Assembly: GCA_050633305.1 (NCBI GenBank)
Contig: JBOEGF010000013.1
Coordinates: 64,001 to 128,000 of the forward strand
Source of the DNA: Nannocystales bacterium
GTDB taxonomy: Bacteria > Myxococcota_A > Polyangia > Nannocystales > Nannocystaceae
Length of the DNA stretch: 64,000 nucleotides
Direction of reading: 5' to 3'
Shown in pieces: positions 56,292 to 64,000 of the stretch (the stretch's first letter is position 1; every line of letters begins with the position of its first letter). Below the pieces are notes generated by a model. It worked only from the letters and a program-made list of their open reading frames with translations. It had not been told where the DNA came from and made no database searches. Made by a program: the position numbers and the translations under genes.

Positions 56292-58724
56292 TCACCGCGA
56301 GGTGGGCTCGGCGGGGAACAGACCCGTGGTGTCCTCCACCGTGGTGTACTCGATGTTCGACACCCGGATGACGCCTGAGGATTGGGTCTTACGCTCGATC
56401 GTATGTGGAAGCCGGAGCCCGAGCGCGCCGCGGTAGTCCGAGAGGGTCTCGGTGGTGGGGATGTTGCCCGGACCGGACCACAGCGCTTCGTAGCGCGTCT
56501 CGAGGATGTCCCCGGTCTTCAGGTCGAGCGTTGCCTTCAAGGAGGGAAGCTCGCCCTTGGTCAGCACGACCTTCGCGGTTTTCCGGCCGTCATCAGTCGA
56601 AACGCCTTCGACCGAGACATCATCGAACACCGCGCTCAGACCGCGCCCGTACAAGAGCGGGCTCAGCAGCTGCATCTGCTCGAGGCGCTCTCCCAGCAGG
56701 TCGTCGCGGGGACCAAACGAGGACACATCCCACCCGCTCTTGGGGCCCACCAGCGACTCACTCCACCCGAACTTGCCCAGGTCGAGCTTCGAGTACAGCC
56801 GGCCGTCCGCCGCTGCCCAGATCGTCACCGTTCCCGAAACGCCCGCTTGAACGAAACGAATGGTCCCGGTCACCTTCACAACACCAAGCTTTCCGAAGGC
56901 CCGCTCGGCCCGCTTGGCCTTGCGCAGCTTTCCCAACGTCGCCGCGGTTGGACCGGGGCCAGCCGGTTTCGCAGCCTTGACCCGAACCAGGTCAAAGGTC
57001 TTGCCGCCCTGGTGCATCACGACTTTCTTGGGGGCGTCCTTGGGCGAGAACTCGACCGCGATGTCCTTCTTCACCCGAAACCGCCACATCCCCTCCTCAT
57101 CGGGAGGGAACAGCTCGTAGACCATCTGCTTCGGCACGTCGATCGCCAGGCGGTTGTTCCGAACCAGCACCTTCGCGCGACCCAAGACCGAGCTCTCGTA
57201 CTCGCCGATCAACGGCTCGAGCGATGTGAGTGGCACCTCGGGTGCGGGGGTGTAGCCCTCGCGAAACAGCTCGAAGTCGAAGCCGCCTTGGAACATGTGC
57301 ATCGAGTTCACCTTGCCGCCATCCCGGTCGAAGCGAACCGCGACGGCATCGGTCAGGACGAAGGAACGCTTCCCGTCCTCTCCGGGCGGCTTGAGTTCGT
57401 AGTTCTGCTGTCCTGGCACGTCGACGAACAACACCCCGTCCTTGGTCGTGACGGAGAAGTTCTTCCCCGCAAACGGGCCGAACCCCGCGACGAACTCGCC
57501 CTCAAACGCGGAGATGTCTTCTTCCGCCGCCTCGGACCCATCATCGTTGGCGGCGAGCAGTGCGTCGTAGGTGATCCCGCGAACCGCGTCCTGCATCCCG
57601 CTGAAAGACACGTTCGACAACATCACGACGCCGAGACGTTCCTCGGGCAAGAAGCTGACCATCGCCGAGTAGCCGTCGATATTGCCCCCGTGGTGCAGCA
57701 TCGTTTGCCCGTCGTACTCGTCGACAAACCACCCGAGGCCGTACTTCATCTTCCCGGCCACGTCGATCTGCGGCTTCCACGTCTCCTTGAGCGTCTCGGA
57801 CTTGATCAGCCGCTGCCCGCGATACACACCGCGGTTGATCTGAAAACGAAGCCACGCCGTCATGTCGAGCACGGTCGAGTTGATCGCCCCCGCCGGCGCG
57901 ATTTCGTCGAGAGAACGCATCGGCAGCGCGTCGAAGGACGACTTGTCCCCGTCCCACTTGTAGCCCTGCGCCATGCCCAAGCTCTTCGCCTCCTCGCTGA
58001 GGACCACACTGTTGCGCATCCCCAGCGGCTCGAGGAGGTTGCGCGTCACAAGCTCGGCCCACAGGACGCCTTCGACCCGCGCACTCGCCTCCCCAGCGGC
58101 CGTGTACGTCACGTTGTTGTACAGGAACCGATTTCGGAACGACGCGAGCGGCTCCGCCTGTGAAGCCTGGGCAAGAAACTCTTTTCGCGGAACCTCGCCC
58201 GACGCCCACAGCACCCCCATTCGGGTGAACCCGGTGCGGTGGCACAGCGCATCGCGAATCGTCGCCTGCGCCACGTCGTCGTCGGACTTCACATCGAGCA
58301 CAAACTCGGGAACGTGTTTGGTGAGCGCGTCGTCCCAGCTCATCTTGCCTTCGTCGACGAGCTGCCCGATCACGGTCGCTGTGAACGCCTTGGTCGACGA
58401 GCCGATGGCAAAACGGGTTCGGGGCGTGACCGCCTCTTTCTTCTCGAGATCGGAGAAGCCAAACCCTCGGGCATAGATGACGCTGTCCTCGTAGACGACG
58501 GCGACGGCCATCCCCGGCACGTGGAACTTCTCGAGCCCCGCCTCGAGCTCCGTCGTGAGCGTGTCGAAGCGCTCCGAGAACCGCTCTCGGGGCTGCACCT
58601 CCGGCTCGCCTGGTGCAACGGGCTCGACCGTCGGGGCGGTGGAGGCAGGTGTGGTTGGCTTCGCGCATGCCACCGCGAGCGTGATCAGGGCGAGCCAGTG
58701 CGAGCGCCGTCGGGTCGTTCCCAT
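56292..58724 (-). CDS. Serine hydrolase (beta-lactamase class C/PBP fold) lipoprotein with extra C-terminal domains
   Basis: AVA-C lipobox, IGSSTK (SxxK), YNN (YxN) and HGG, then two DUF3471-like repeats and a further beta-rich domain. Confidence 0.9.
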   Translation of the reverse strand: MGTTRRRSHWLALITLAVACAKPTTPASTAPTVEPVAPGEPEVQPRERFSERFDTLTTELEAGLEKFHVPGMAVAVVYEDSVIYARGFGFSDLEKKEAVTPRTRFAIGSSTKAFTATVIGQLVDEGKMSWDDALTKHVPEFVLDVKSDDDVAQATIRDALCHRTGFTRMGVLWASGEVPRKEFLAQASQAEPLASFRNRFLYNNVTYTAAGEASARVEGVLWAELVTRNLLEPLGMRNSVVLSEEAKSLGMAQGYKWDGDKSSFDALPMRSLDEIAPAGAINSTVLDMTAWLRFQINRGVYRGQRLIKSETLKETWKPQIDVAGKMKYGLGWFVDEYDGQTMLHHGGNIDGYSAMVSFLPEERLGVVMLSNVSFSGMQDAVRGITYDALLAANDDGSEAAEEDISAFEGEFVAGFGPFAGKNFSVTTKDGVLFVDVPGQQNYELKPPGEDGKRSFVLTDAVAVRFDRDGGKVNSMHMFQGGFDFELFREGYTPAPEVPLTSLEPLIGEYESSVLGRAKVLVRNNRLAIDVPKQMVYELFPPDEEGMWRFRVKKDIAVEFSPKDAPKKVVMHQGGKTFDLVRVKAAKPAGPGPTAATLGKLRKAKRAERAFGKLGVVKVTGTIRFVQAGVSGTVTIWAAADGRLYSKLDLGKFGWSESLVGPKSGWDVSSFGPRDDLLGERLEQMQLLSPLLYGRGLSAVFDDVSVEGVSTDDGRKTAKVVLTKGELPSLKATLDLKTGDILETRYEALWSGPGNIPTTETLSDYRGALGLRLPHTIERKTQSSGVIRVSNIEYTTVEDTTGLFPAEPTSR

Positions 58725-58867
58725 GCGGTCGAGAATGTAGCAAGACCCCGCCAACGGGCGGTCACGGTCCGCAGCGAGCCGAAAACCGCCTGCGGCGCAT
58801 ATGTGCGCCCCATTCCCACCTATCGAAACCGAGCCACGATCCGATACACTTGTGTGGCGACGCACGC

Positions 58868-59359
58868 ATGACAGGAGGAGTTACAGCCCGCACACGGTTC
58901 AGGTCCAAAATGGGCCTGCTCGGCGTGGTCGCTGCGATCTCCACGGTTTCGACGGCCAGTACCGCCCGCGCCGCCGACCCCGAGCCCATCGAGCTCCGCC
59001 AGGTCGCCCGAACCCTCCCCACGCCAGACTTCACGCCAAGCGCTGCCGTCGGGCTCCGGTGGGACCGGGACACCGAGTGGACTGTCCTCGCGCTCACCGA
59101 CCCCTGGGACCTGCGTGGCGAGGACACCTTGCTGTCGGCCGGACCCCTCGCTGGTCTCGCGCGGATGGACGTTCGAGAGAACACCTGGCAAGCAACACCG
59201 TACGCCGCGACGACGGTGGCCTCGGCGTTCGCAGCCTTGGCAACCCGCGGCATTCCGGTGTTCGCGGAGATGCGGGACTTCAAGACGATTCGGACGCACC
59301 GACTCGGCTGCTACTTCAAGGGTCGCGGCGGCGGCTTGGTCTGGCGACTCGAGTTCTAG
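58868..59359 (+). CDS. Hypothetical secreted protein
   Basis: Signal peptide (ARA|A) and C-terminal GGLVWRLEF. Start could be 58910. Confidence 0.6.
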   Translation: MTGGVTARTRFRSKMGLLGVVAAISTVSTASTARAADPEPIELRQVARTLPTPDFTPSAAVGLRWDRDTEWTVLALTDPWDLRGEDTLLSAGPLAGLARMDVRENTWQATPYAATTVASAFAALATRGIPVFAEMRDFKTIRTHRLGCYFKGRGGGLVWRLEF

Positions 59360-59540
59360 CAGCGCCACCACCTCCGTCGATATCGGCTGCGCCTATCGGC
59401 GCCATAGCGTGTCCACATCAACACGCAGCTGGCTTGTCATCGACGTGCCGCGGCCAACCGCGTAACAATCAACAGCGTCACCCGGTTTTCCCGCCACCTG
59501 AACCTCAGGGGCGCGCGACCGAGGCGACGAGGGATCATCG

Positions 59541-61112
59541 ATGAGTACGACGCTAAGCATGTGGTTGGGGATCGCGTTCCTGGCCTTGGCCATCATCGCA
59601 GTGCTGCTTCAGGCATGGCTGTGGGGACCCAAGTTCTGGAACGAGGAAAAGAAGAAAACCGAAGCCCCGAAGTTCTGGCTGCGCATGCACGCGCTCGCCG
59701 GGTACTCCTACGGGATCATCTACGTCGTGATGATGTGGAACATGCTTCCGCGTCTGTGGGAGTACCAGTACGAACTCCCCGCTCGGACCGTGATCCATGC
59801 CGTCGTCGGCATCACGATCGGCGTCCTGCTCATCTGCAAGATCCTCATCCTCATCTTCTTCCGGCACTTCGAAGAGTCCATGCCCTCGTACGGATTCGGC
59901 TTGCTGCTGTGTACGGTCATCCTCTCCACGCTGTCGATCCCCTACGCCGTCCAGGCCCACGACTTCTCCGGTCGTACCACCGACCCCGAGAACATCGAGC
60001 GCGTGCAGAAGCTGCTCGCGAAGGTCGACTTCGGTGAACAGGAGGTTGATGTCGAGGCCCTCACCACCCTCGACACCTTCGAGCACGGGCGTCAGGTCTT
60101 GGTCAAGCAGTGCATCGTCTGCCACGACATGCGCACCATCCTTGCCAAGCCGCGTACCCCCCAGCGTTGGTACGACGTCTCCATGCGGATGCTCGACAAG
60201 CCGTCCGTGTTCGGCGAGCAGCTCCTCGAGGAGGACATCCCCGCCGTCACCGCCTATCTCGCCGCCATCACCCCCGAGATCCAGAAGTCGACCAAGGAAC
60301 GTCGCAAGCAGGAGCGCGACGGAGAGAAGAACACCGACGCCATGATCGACCTCGCCCACGGCGCCGACGCGGTCGGCAGTGCCAAGATCGATCCTGCCAA
60401 GGGCGAGGCGCTCCTGCAGGAGAACTGCACCGCTTGTCACGAGCTCGACGAGAACGACAACCACGGGCCGGACAACATCGCCGGTTGGCGTGGCGTCGTA
60501 GCGTCGATGGTGGACGAGGGTGCCGAACTCGATGATCAGACCGCGAACGACATCGCGATCTTCTTGGCGCAGAAGTACCCCGCCAAGGACGAGCCCCTTC
60601 CCGCCGCGGTGGGAACCGACACCGACGGCGATATTGGAGGCGAGACCGGCGACGAGCCCGAGCCTGAGCCCGAGCCTGAGCCCACTGTCGAGCCCGAGCC
60701 CGAGCCCGAGCCTGAGCCTGCCGCAGAGCCCGAACCCGAGCCCGCCGCCAAGCCCAAGAAGAAGCGCGCCAAGAAGAAGAGGCCCAAGGCGCAGCCCTCA
60801 GCGGAGGACAAGCCCGAGCCCAAAGCCGAAGAGAAGCCCAAAGCGCCGCCCAAGCCCAAGAAGCCCAAAGCCGACCGGGCCAACGGACGCGCGCTGTACA
60901 TGGCCAAGTGCAAGACCTGTCACGGTGGCGACGGCAAAGGCGACACCTCGTTCGGGCGGAAGCTCGGCGTGACTCCGCTGTCCGGTCTCGGCAAGTCGAA
61001 GATCCAGTCGGCGGTGGTGAGTGGCGTTCCCGGGACGAAGATGAAGTCGTACAAGAAGAAGTTCACGAACAAAGAGATCGACGACGTCGTTGCGTTTGTT
61101 CGCGGGTTGTAG
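59541..61112 (+). CDS. Membrane-anchored tri-heme cytochrome c with Pro-rich linker
   Basis: Four N-terminal TM helices carrying two His, three CxxCH motifs (CIVCH, CTACH, CKTCH), and an EP/KP-rich linker before the last domain. Confidence 0.85.
   Translation: MSTTLSMWLGIAFLALAIIAVLLQAWLWGPKFWNEEKKKTEAPKFWLRMHALAGYSYGIIYVVMMWNMLPRLWEYQYELPARTVIHAVVGITIGVLLICKILILIFFRHFEESMPSYGFGLLLCTVILSTLSIPYAVQAHDFSGRTTDPENIERVQKLLAKVDFGEQEVDVEALTTLDTFEHGRQVLVKQCIVCHDMRTILAKPRTPQRWYDVSMRMLDKPSVFGEQLLEEDIPAVTAYLAAITPEIQKSTKERRKQERDGEKNTDAMIDLAHGADAVGSAKIDPAKGEALLQENCTACHELDENDNHGPDNIAGWRGVVASMVDEGAELDDQTANDIAIFLAQKYPAKDEPLPAAVGTDTDGDIGGETGDEPEPEPEPEPTVEPEPEPEPEPAAEPEPEPAAKPKKKRAKKKRPKAQPSAEDKPEPKAEEKPKAPPKPKKPKADRANGRALYMAKCKTCHGGDGKGDTSFGRKLGVTPLSGLGKSKIQSAVVSGVPGTKMKSYKKKFTNKEIDDVVAFVRGL
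60654..60870 (+). repeat. Coding low-complexity repeats (GAGCCY)n then (AAGCCC/AAG)n
   Basis: Encodes EPEPEPEPEP-TV-EPEPEPEPEP-AA-EPEPEP followed by a Lys/Pro-rich stretch. Confidence 0.85.
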
Positions 61113-61134
61113 GGAGCCGTTCGGCGCGGGTGCG

Positions 61135-61171
61135 AAGGGCGGCCACACGGTTTCGTGTGCGCCGCCCTTTT
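61135..61171 (+). terminator. Intrinsic terminator after the cytochrome gene
   Basis: AAGGGCGGC-CACACG-GTTT-CGTGTG-C-GCCGCCCTTTT. Confidence 0.7.
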
Positions 61172-61407
61172 CCGGTGGCATAGGTCCTTCTGATGGACCT
61201 ACGGGAAGAACACATCCTGCAAATCCGGTACCCCAACCCAGGCCTGTCTCTCGTCACGAAGCCCTCTGGGCCCCGAAGTCGTCTCCAGCTTACGACGGCC
61301 ACGCCGACAGGGCGGGCATGATTGGTCCCCAGTCCCCGGATTCGGCTCCGGCACACGCCGTCCCCTTCGGAAACTGGCTTTCGGCCCCTCACGTAGGAAA
61401 CAAGAAT

Positions 61408-61821
61408 ATGGAGCCTTGGACAACGCCACAACAACTCGTCGAGCTTGCCGCCTTCTATGAGGCTGAAGCCATTGACCTCTCTCGGTTCGACGACGAGACC
61501 TTCGTTAGAAATGTCGAGAAGGCGTTGTGGGGGACGAACTGCTGGTCGTTCGTCGAAGCTTCGTTTGCGATCATTGCACCGGCCTGCTCTCGACGCCCTC
61601 ATCTGACGAGGACTCTCTTTCGCCACCCAATCCGAGCGATGATCGCGGGAGGTCTCGAAGACCCCGGTGAAGTGATGGCGCTGGGATCCGCGTGCGCCAC
61701 GAGGAACGACCCCTATGTCCAACCGTCCGAGGAGGGCAGAAGCTGGCTGGTCAGCGATTGGCCAAAGTTCGACCCGGTCGCTCGCGAGGTGTTCAGCGAG
61801 CTCTGGAACTCACAGTTCTAA
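61408..61821 (+). CDS. Hypothetical protein with atypical codon usage
   Basis: AGGA RBS and ATG at 61408, 137 aa, with more A/T-ending codons than neighbouring genes. Confidence 0.6.
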   Translation: MEPWTTPQQLVELAAFYEAEAIDLSRFDDETFVRNVEKALWGTNCWSFVEASFAIIAPACSRRPHLTRTLFRHPIRAMIAGGLEDPGEVMALGSACATRNDPYVQPSEEGRSWLVSDWPKFDPVAREVFSELWNSQF

Positions 61822-62022
61822 GAAGACGACCTCGCAGAATCAGACCGGCGCGAGTAGCACCCGGTCCGTCAAACGAGCCCCTTGCTACTCGCACGAGCCC
61901 AACAGATCATCGAGCATGGCCCACGCGGCGACATCCCAATCCCGAGGAGCCCCTCGAGAACCTTCGCGGGACCGCGCACACCCGCCACATCACCTGCCCG
62001 CCGCTTCGCTGTGGGAGGACGC

Positions 62023-62526
62023 ATGAGACCGCTAGCCCTGGCATGCCTCCTCGGCGGCGCCCTGGCTGGCTGCAAGTCGACTCATCCACCGACCGCCGCG
62101 AACGAACAGCCCAAGTGCACCAACTTCGACTGGATGCTCGGTTCCTGGGAAACCCACGGCGACACCACGCAAAGCATCGAGCGCTGGATGCCCGACGATG
62201 CTGGCCTCCTGCGCGGTGAGAGCATCACGCGGGCCGAGGGCCAGGTGGTCTACACAGAGTCGCTTCGAATCACGCGGGGACCAGGCGGCGTCGAGTACCG
62301 CGCTGCACCGCAGGATCAGCCGCCCAACGTCTTCCCGCTCGAGAGTTGCGGTGAAAGGTGGGCCCGCTTCACCGACGCCGCCCACGACTGGCCGCAATCG
62401 ATCCACTACGCGCGCATGAGCGACACGCTCACGGCGACGGTCTCCGGAACGACCGACGGCAAAGAACGCACGGAGACGTGGTCGTGGACACTCGCGGCGC
62501 CGGAGTCGGTAGTCTCGACTCCGTGA
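62023..62526 (+). CDS. DUF6265-like lipoprotein
   Basis: LAG-C lipobox, WMLGSW, ERW, E.LRI, Y.A.P..Q, HDWPQ.I.Y. GGAGG RBS. Confidence 0.75.
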   Translation: MRPLALACLLGGALAGCKSTHPPTAANEQPKCTNFDWMLGSWETHGDTTQSIERWMPDDAGLLRGESITRAEGQVVYTESLRITRGPGGVEYRAAPQDQPPNVFPLESCGERWARFTDAAHDWPQSIHYARMSDTLTATVSGTTDGKERTETWSWTLAAPESVVSTP

Positions 62527-63461
62527 CCATCCTTCGCATCGCCGCGGCACAGATCGCCCCCGTCCTGTTCGACACGGATGCGACCACGCAAAGGGTCGTG
62601 GCGTCGATCATCGAGGCGGGCCAAGCGGGTGTGGCCCTGGTCGCGTTCGGGGAGTGCTTCGTCCCGGGCTATCCCGCGTGGCTCTCCCAAGGCGGAGGCG
62701 CGCGGTTTGACGACGCCGAGCTGAAGGACGCATACCGACGCTACCTAGCCGCATCCGTCCCGATGGACGGAGACCACGTCCACGCGATGCGTACGGCGTG
62801 CCGAGACCACGGGGTGACAGCCGTTGTTGGCATTCTCGAGCGAGACTCGGCGGGCGGCTCGGGCTACTGCACGGCGTTGGTCATCAGCGAAGCTGGAGAG
62901 ATCGAACTGGCGCATCGCAAACTCCGCCCCACCTACGAAGAACGGCTGGTCTGGGCCCCCGGAGATGGACAGGGTCTGCGAACCTTCGAGATCCGCGGAG
63001 TCACCTGCAGCACCCTGAACTGTTGGGAGAACTGGATGCCGCTTCCCCGCACGGCCCTCTACGCCCAGGGGACCCAGCTCCACGTCGGCCTATGGCCGGG
63101 CACGGACACCAACACCCGAGACATCACCCGTTTCGTCGCGCGAGAAGGCCGGGTGTTCATGCTGTCGGCCGGAGCCCGCATGGGGTTCGAAGACGTCCCC
63201 GATGATTTCGCGCTGGGCCGAGGGTTGGGTGAGGCGGCATGGGTGCGCAACGGTGGTTCCGCAGTCGCGGGGCCCGACGGCGCATGGGTGCTCGAGCCAG
63301 ACGTGACCACCGATGGTCTGGTGATCTGCGAGGTCGAAATCGACCAGGTGTTGGCGGAGCGGCAAAGCTTCGATGCCACAGGACACTACAGTCGGCCCGA
63401 CGTTCTCCAGCTGTCCGTCAACCGGACACGACAGCGAAACGTGACGTTCGAAGACGCCTGA
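62523..63461 (+). CDS. Nitrilase (carbon-nitrogen hydrolase branch 1)
   Basis: Catalytic triad in FGE..VPGYP, HRKLRPTYEER and LNCWENWMP, plus FDATGHYSRPD. GTGA overlap with the upstream gene. Confidence 0.9.
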   Translation: MTILRIAAAQIAPVLFDTDATTQRVVASIIEAGQAGVALVAFGECFVPGYPAWLSQGGGARFDDAELKDAYRRYLAASVPMDGDHVHAMRTACRDHGVTAVVGILERDSAGGSGYCTALVISEAGEIELAHRKLRPTYEERLVWAPGDGQGLRTFEIRGVTCSTLNCWENWMPLPRTALYAQGTQLHVGLWPGTDTNTRDITRFVAREGRVFMLSAGARMGFEDVPDDFALGRGLGEAAWVRNGGSAVAGPDGAWVLEPDVTTDGLVICEVEIDQVLAERQSFDATGHYSRPDVLQLSVNRTRQRNVTFEDA

Positions 63462-63513
63462 TTCCTCCAACCGGGCAGTAGCAAAAAGCGACCCACCGGG
63501 AGACTCTGCCGTC

Positions 63514-64000
63514 GTGTCGGACAGTCGCCCGAACCTGCTGACGGCGGATCCCAAGCAGGCGCTGATCTCTTTGGCCGTACCCACCCTGCTGGGCATCGTG
63601 TTCATTCTCGCGGTCAACCTGATCGACACATACTTCGTCGGACAACTCGGGACGGACGAACTCGCCGCGATGAGCTTCACGTTTCCGGTGGCGACGTTGG
63701 TCACCAGCGTGGGCTTTGGACTGGGCGTGGGGACAACGTCGGCGGTTTCGCGTGCGCTTGGGGCCGGGGATCGTCCAACGTCCCAGCGCCTGGTCACCCA
63801 CGGGCTGATCCTCGGTGGAGTGGTCGTTCTGGCGATTTCGTTGATCGGGATCTCGACCCAAGACGCGGTGTTCCGCAGCCTGGGTGCGGAGCCTCAGCTT
63901 CTACCGCTACTCAGCGAGTACATGACGATCTGGTACGCGGGCGCGGTCTTCCTCGTGGTTCCGATGATGGGAACGGGAGCACTCCGCGCCTCGGGCGACG
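63514..64000 (+). CDS. MATE-family efflux transporter, 3'-truncated
   Basis: MSDSRPNLLT...LAVP..LG......NLIDTYFVGQLGTDELAAMSFTFPV...GLGVG..SAVSRALGAG. Frame is open to the window end and absent from the ORF track. Confidence 0.9.
   Translation, partial: MSDSRPNLLTADPKQALISLAVPTLLGIVFILAVNLIDTYFVGQLGTDELAAMSFTFPVATLVTSVGFGLGVGTTSAVSRALGAGDRPTSQRLVTHGLILGGVVVLAISLIGISTQDAVFRSLGAEPQLLPLLSEYMTIWYAGAVFLVVPMMGTGALRASGD

Overview
High-GC chromosomal window, most likely from a myxobacterium of the Nannocystaceae type (Plesiocystis/Enhygromyxa-like). That assignment is inferred from the many lipoproteins with Ser/Thr/Gly-rich stalks, the Myxococcus Cys-rich repeats, two Hanks-type Ser/Thr kinases with TPR tails, and DUF2378-like and AgmX/TonB-C-like proteins. 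About 50 CDS are supportable. I found no rRNA, tRNA, CRISPR array, integrase or transposase. Recognisable modules: (1) a bactofilin gene; (2) boxC-boxB for aerobic benzoyl-CoA epoxidation, with no boxA, boxR or CoA ligase in the window; (3) a LysR gene divergent from a quinone-reductase/SnoaL fusion; (4) a divergent pair of an FAD-dependent oxidoreductase and a His/Asp-repeat lipoprotein separated by TTGCAA-N5-TTGCAA palindromes, a candidate metal-starvation module; (5) a HipA-like kinase with DUF3037; (6) a kinase/ECF sigma/propeller/kinase cluster; (7) YciI(DGPF) with an ECF42 sigma factor and its canonical promoter; (8) a ChaN fusion followed by a CPA antiporter-PTS EIIA fusion; (9) NADAR, an M50 peptidase and a bacterial selenoprotein-N-like thioredoxin lipoprotein; (10) a membrane-anchored tri-heme cytochrome c with a TonB-like EP/KP linker; (11) DUF6265-nitrilase-MATE. 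Two pseudogene remnants are visible: a methyltransferase with an internal deletion and an orphan Fis-type HTH. All calls come from reading motifs by eye. No database searches were run, and many start codons are best guesses.
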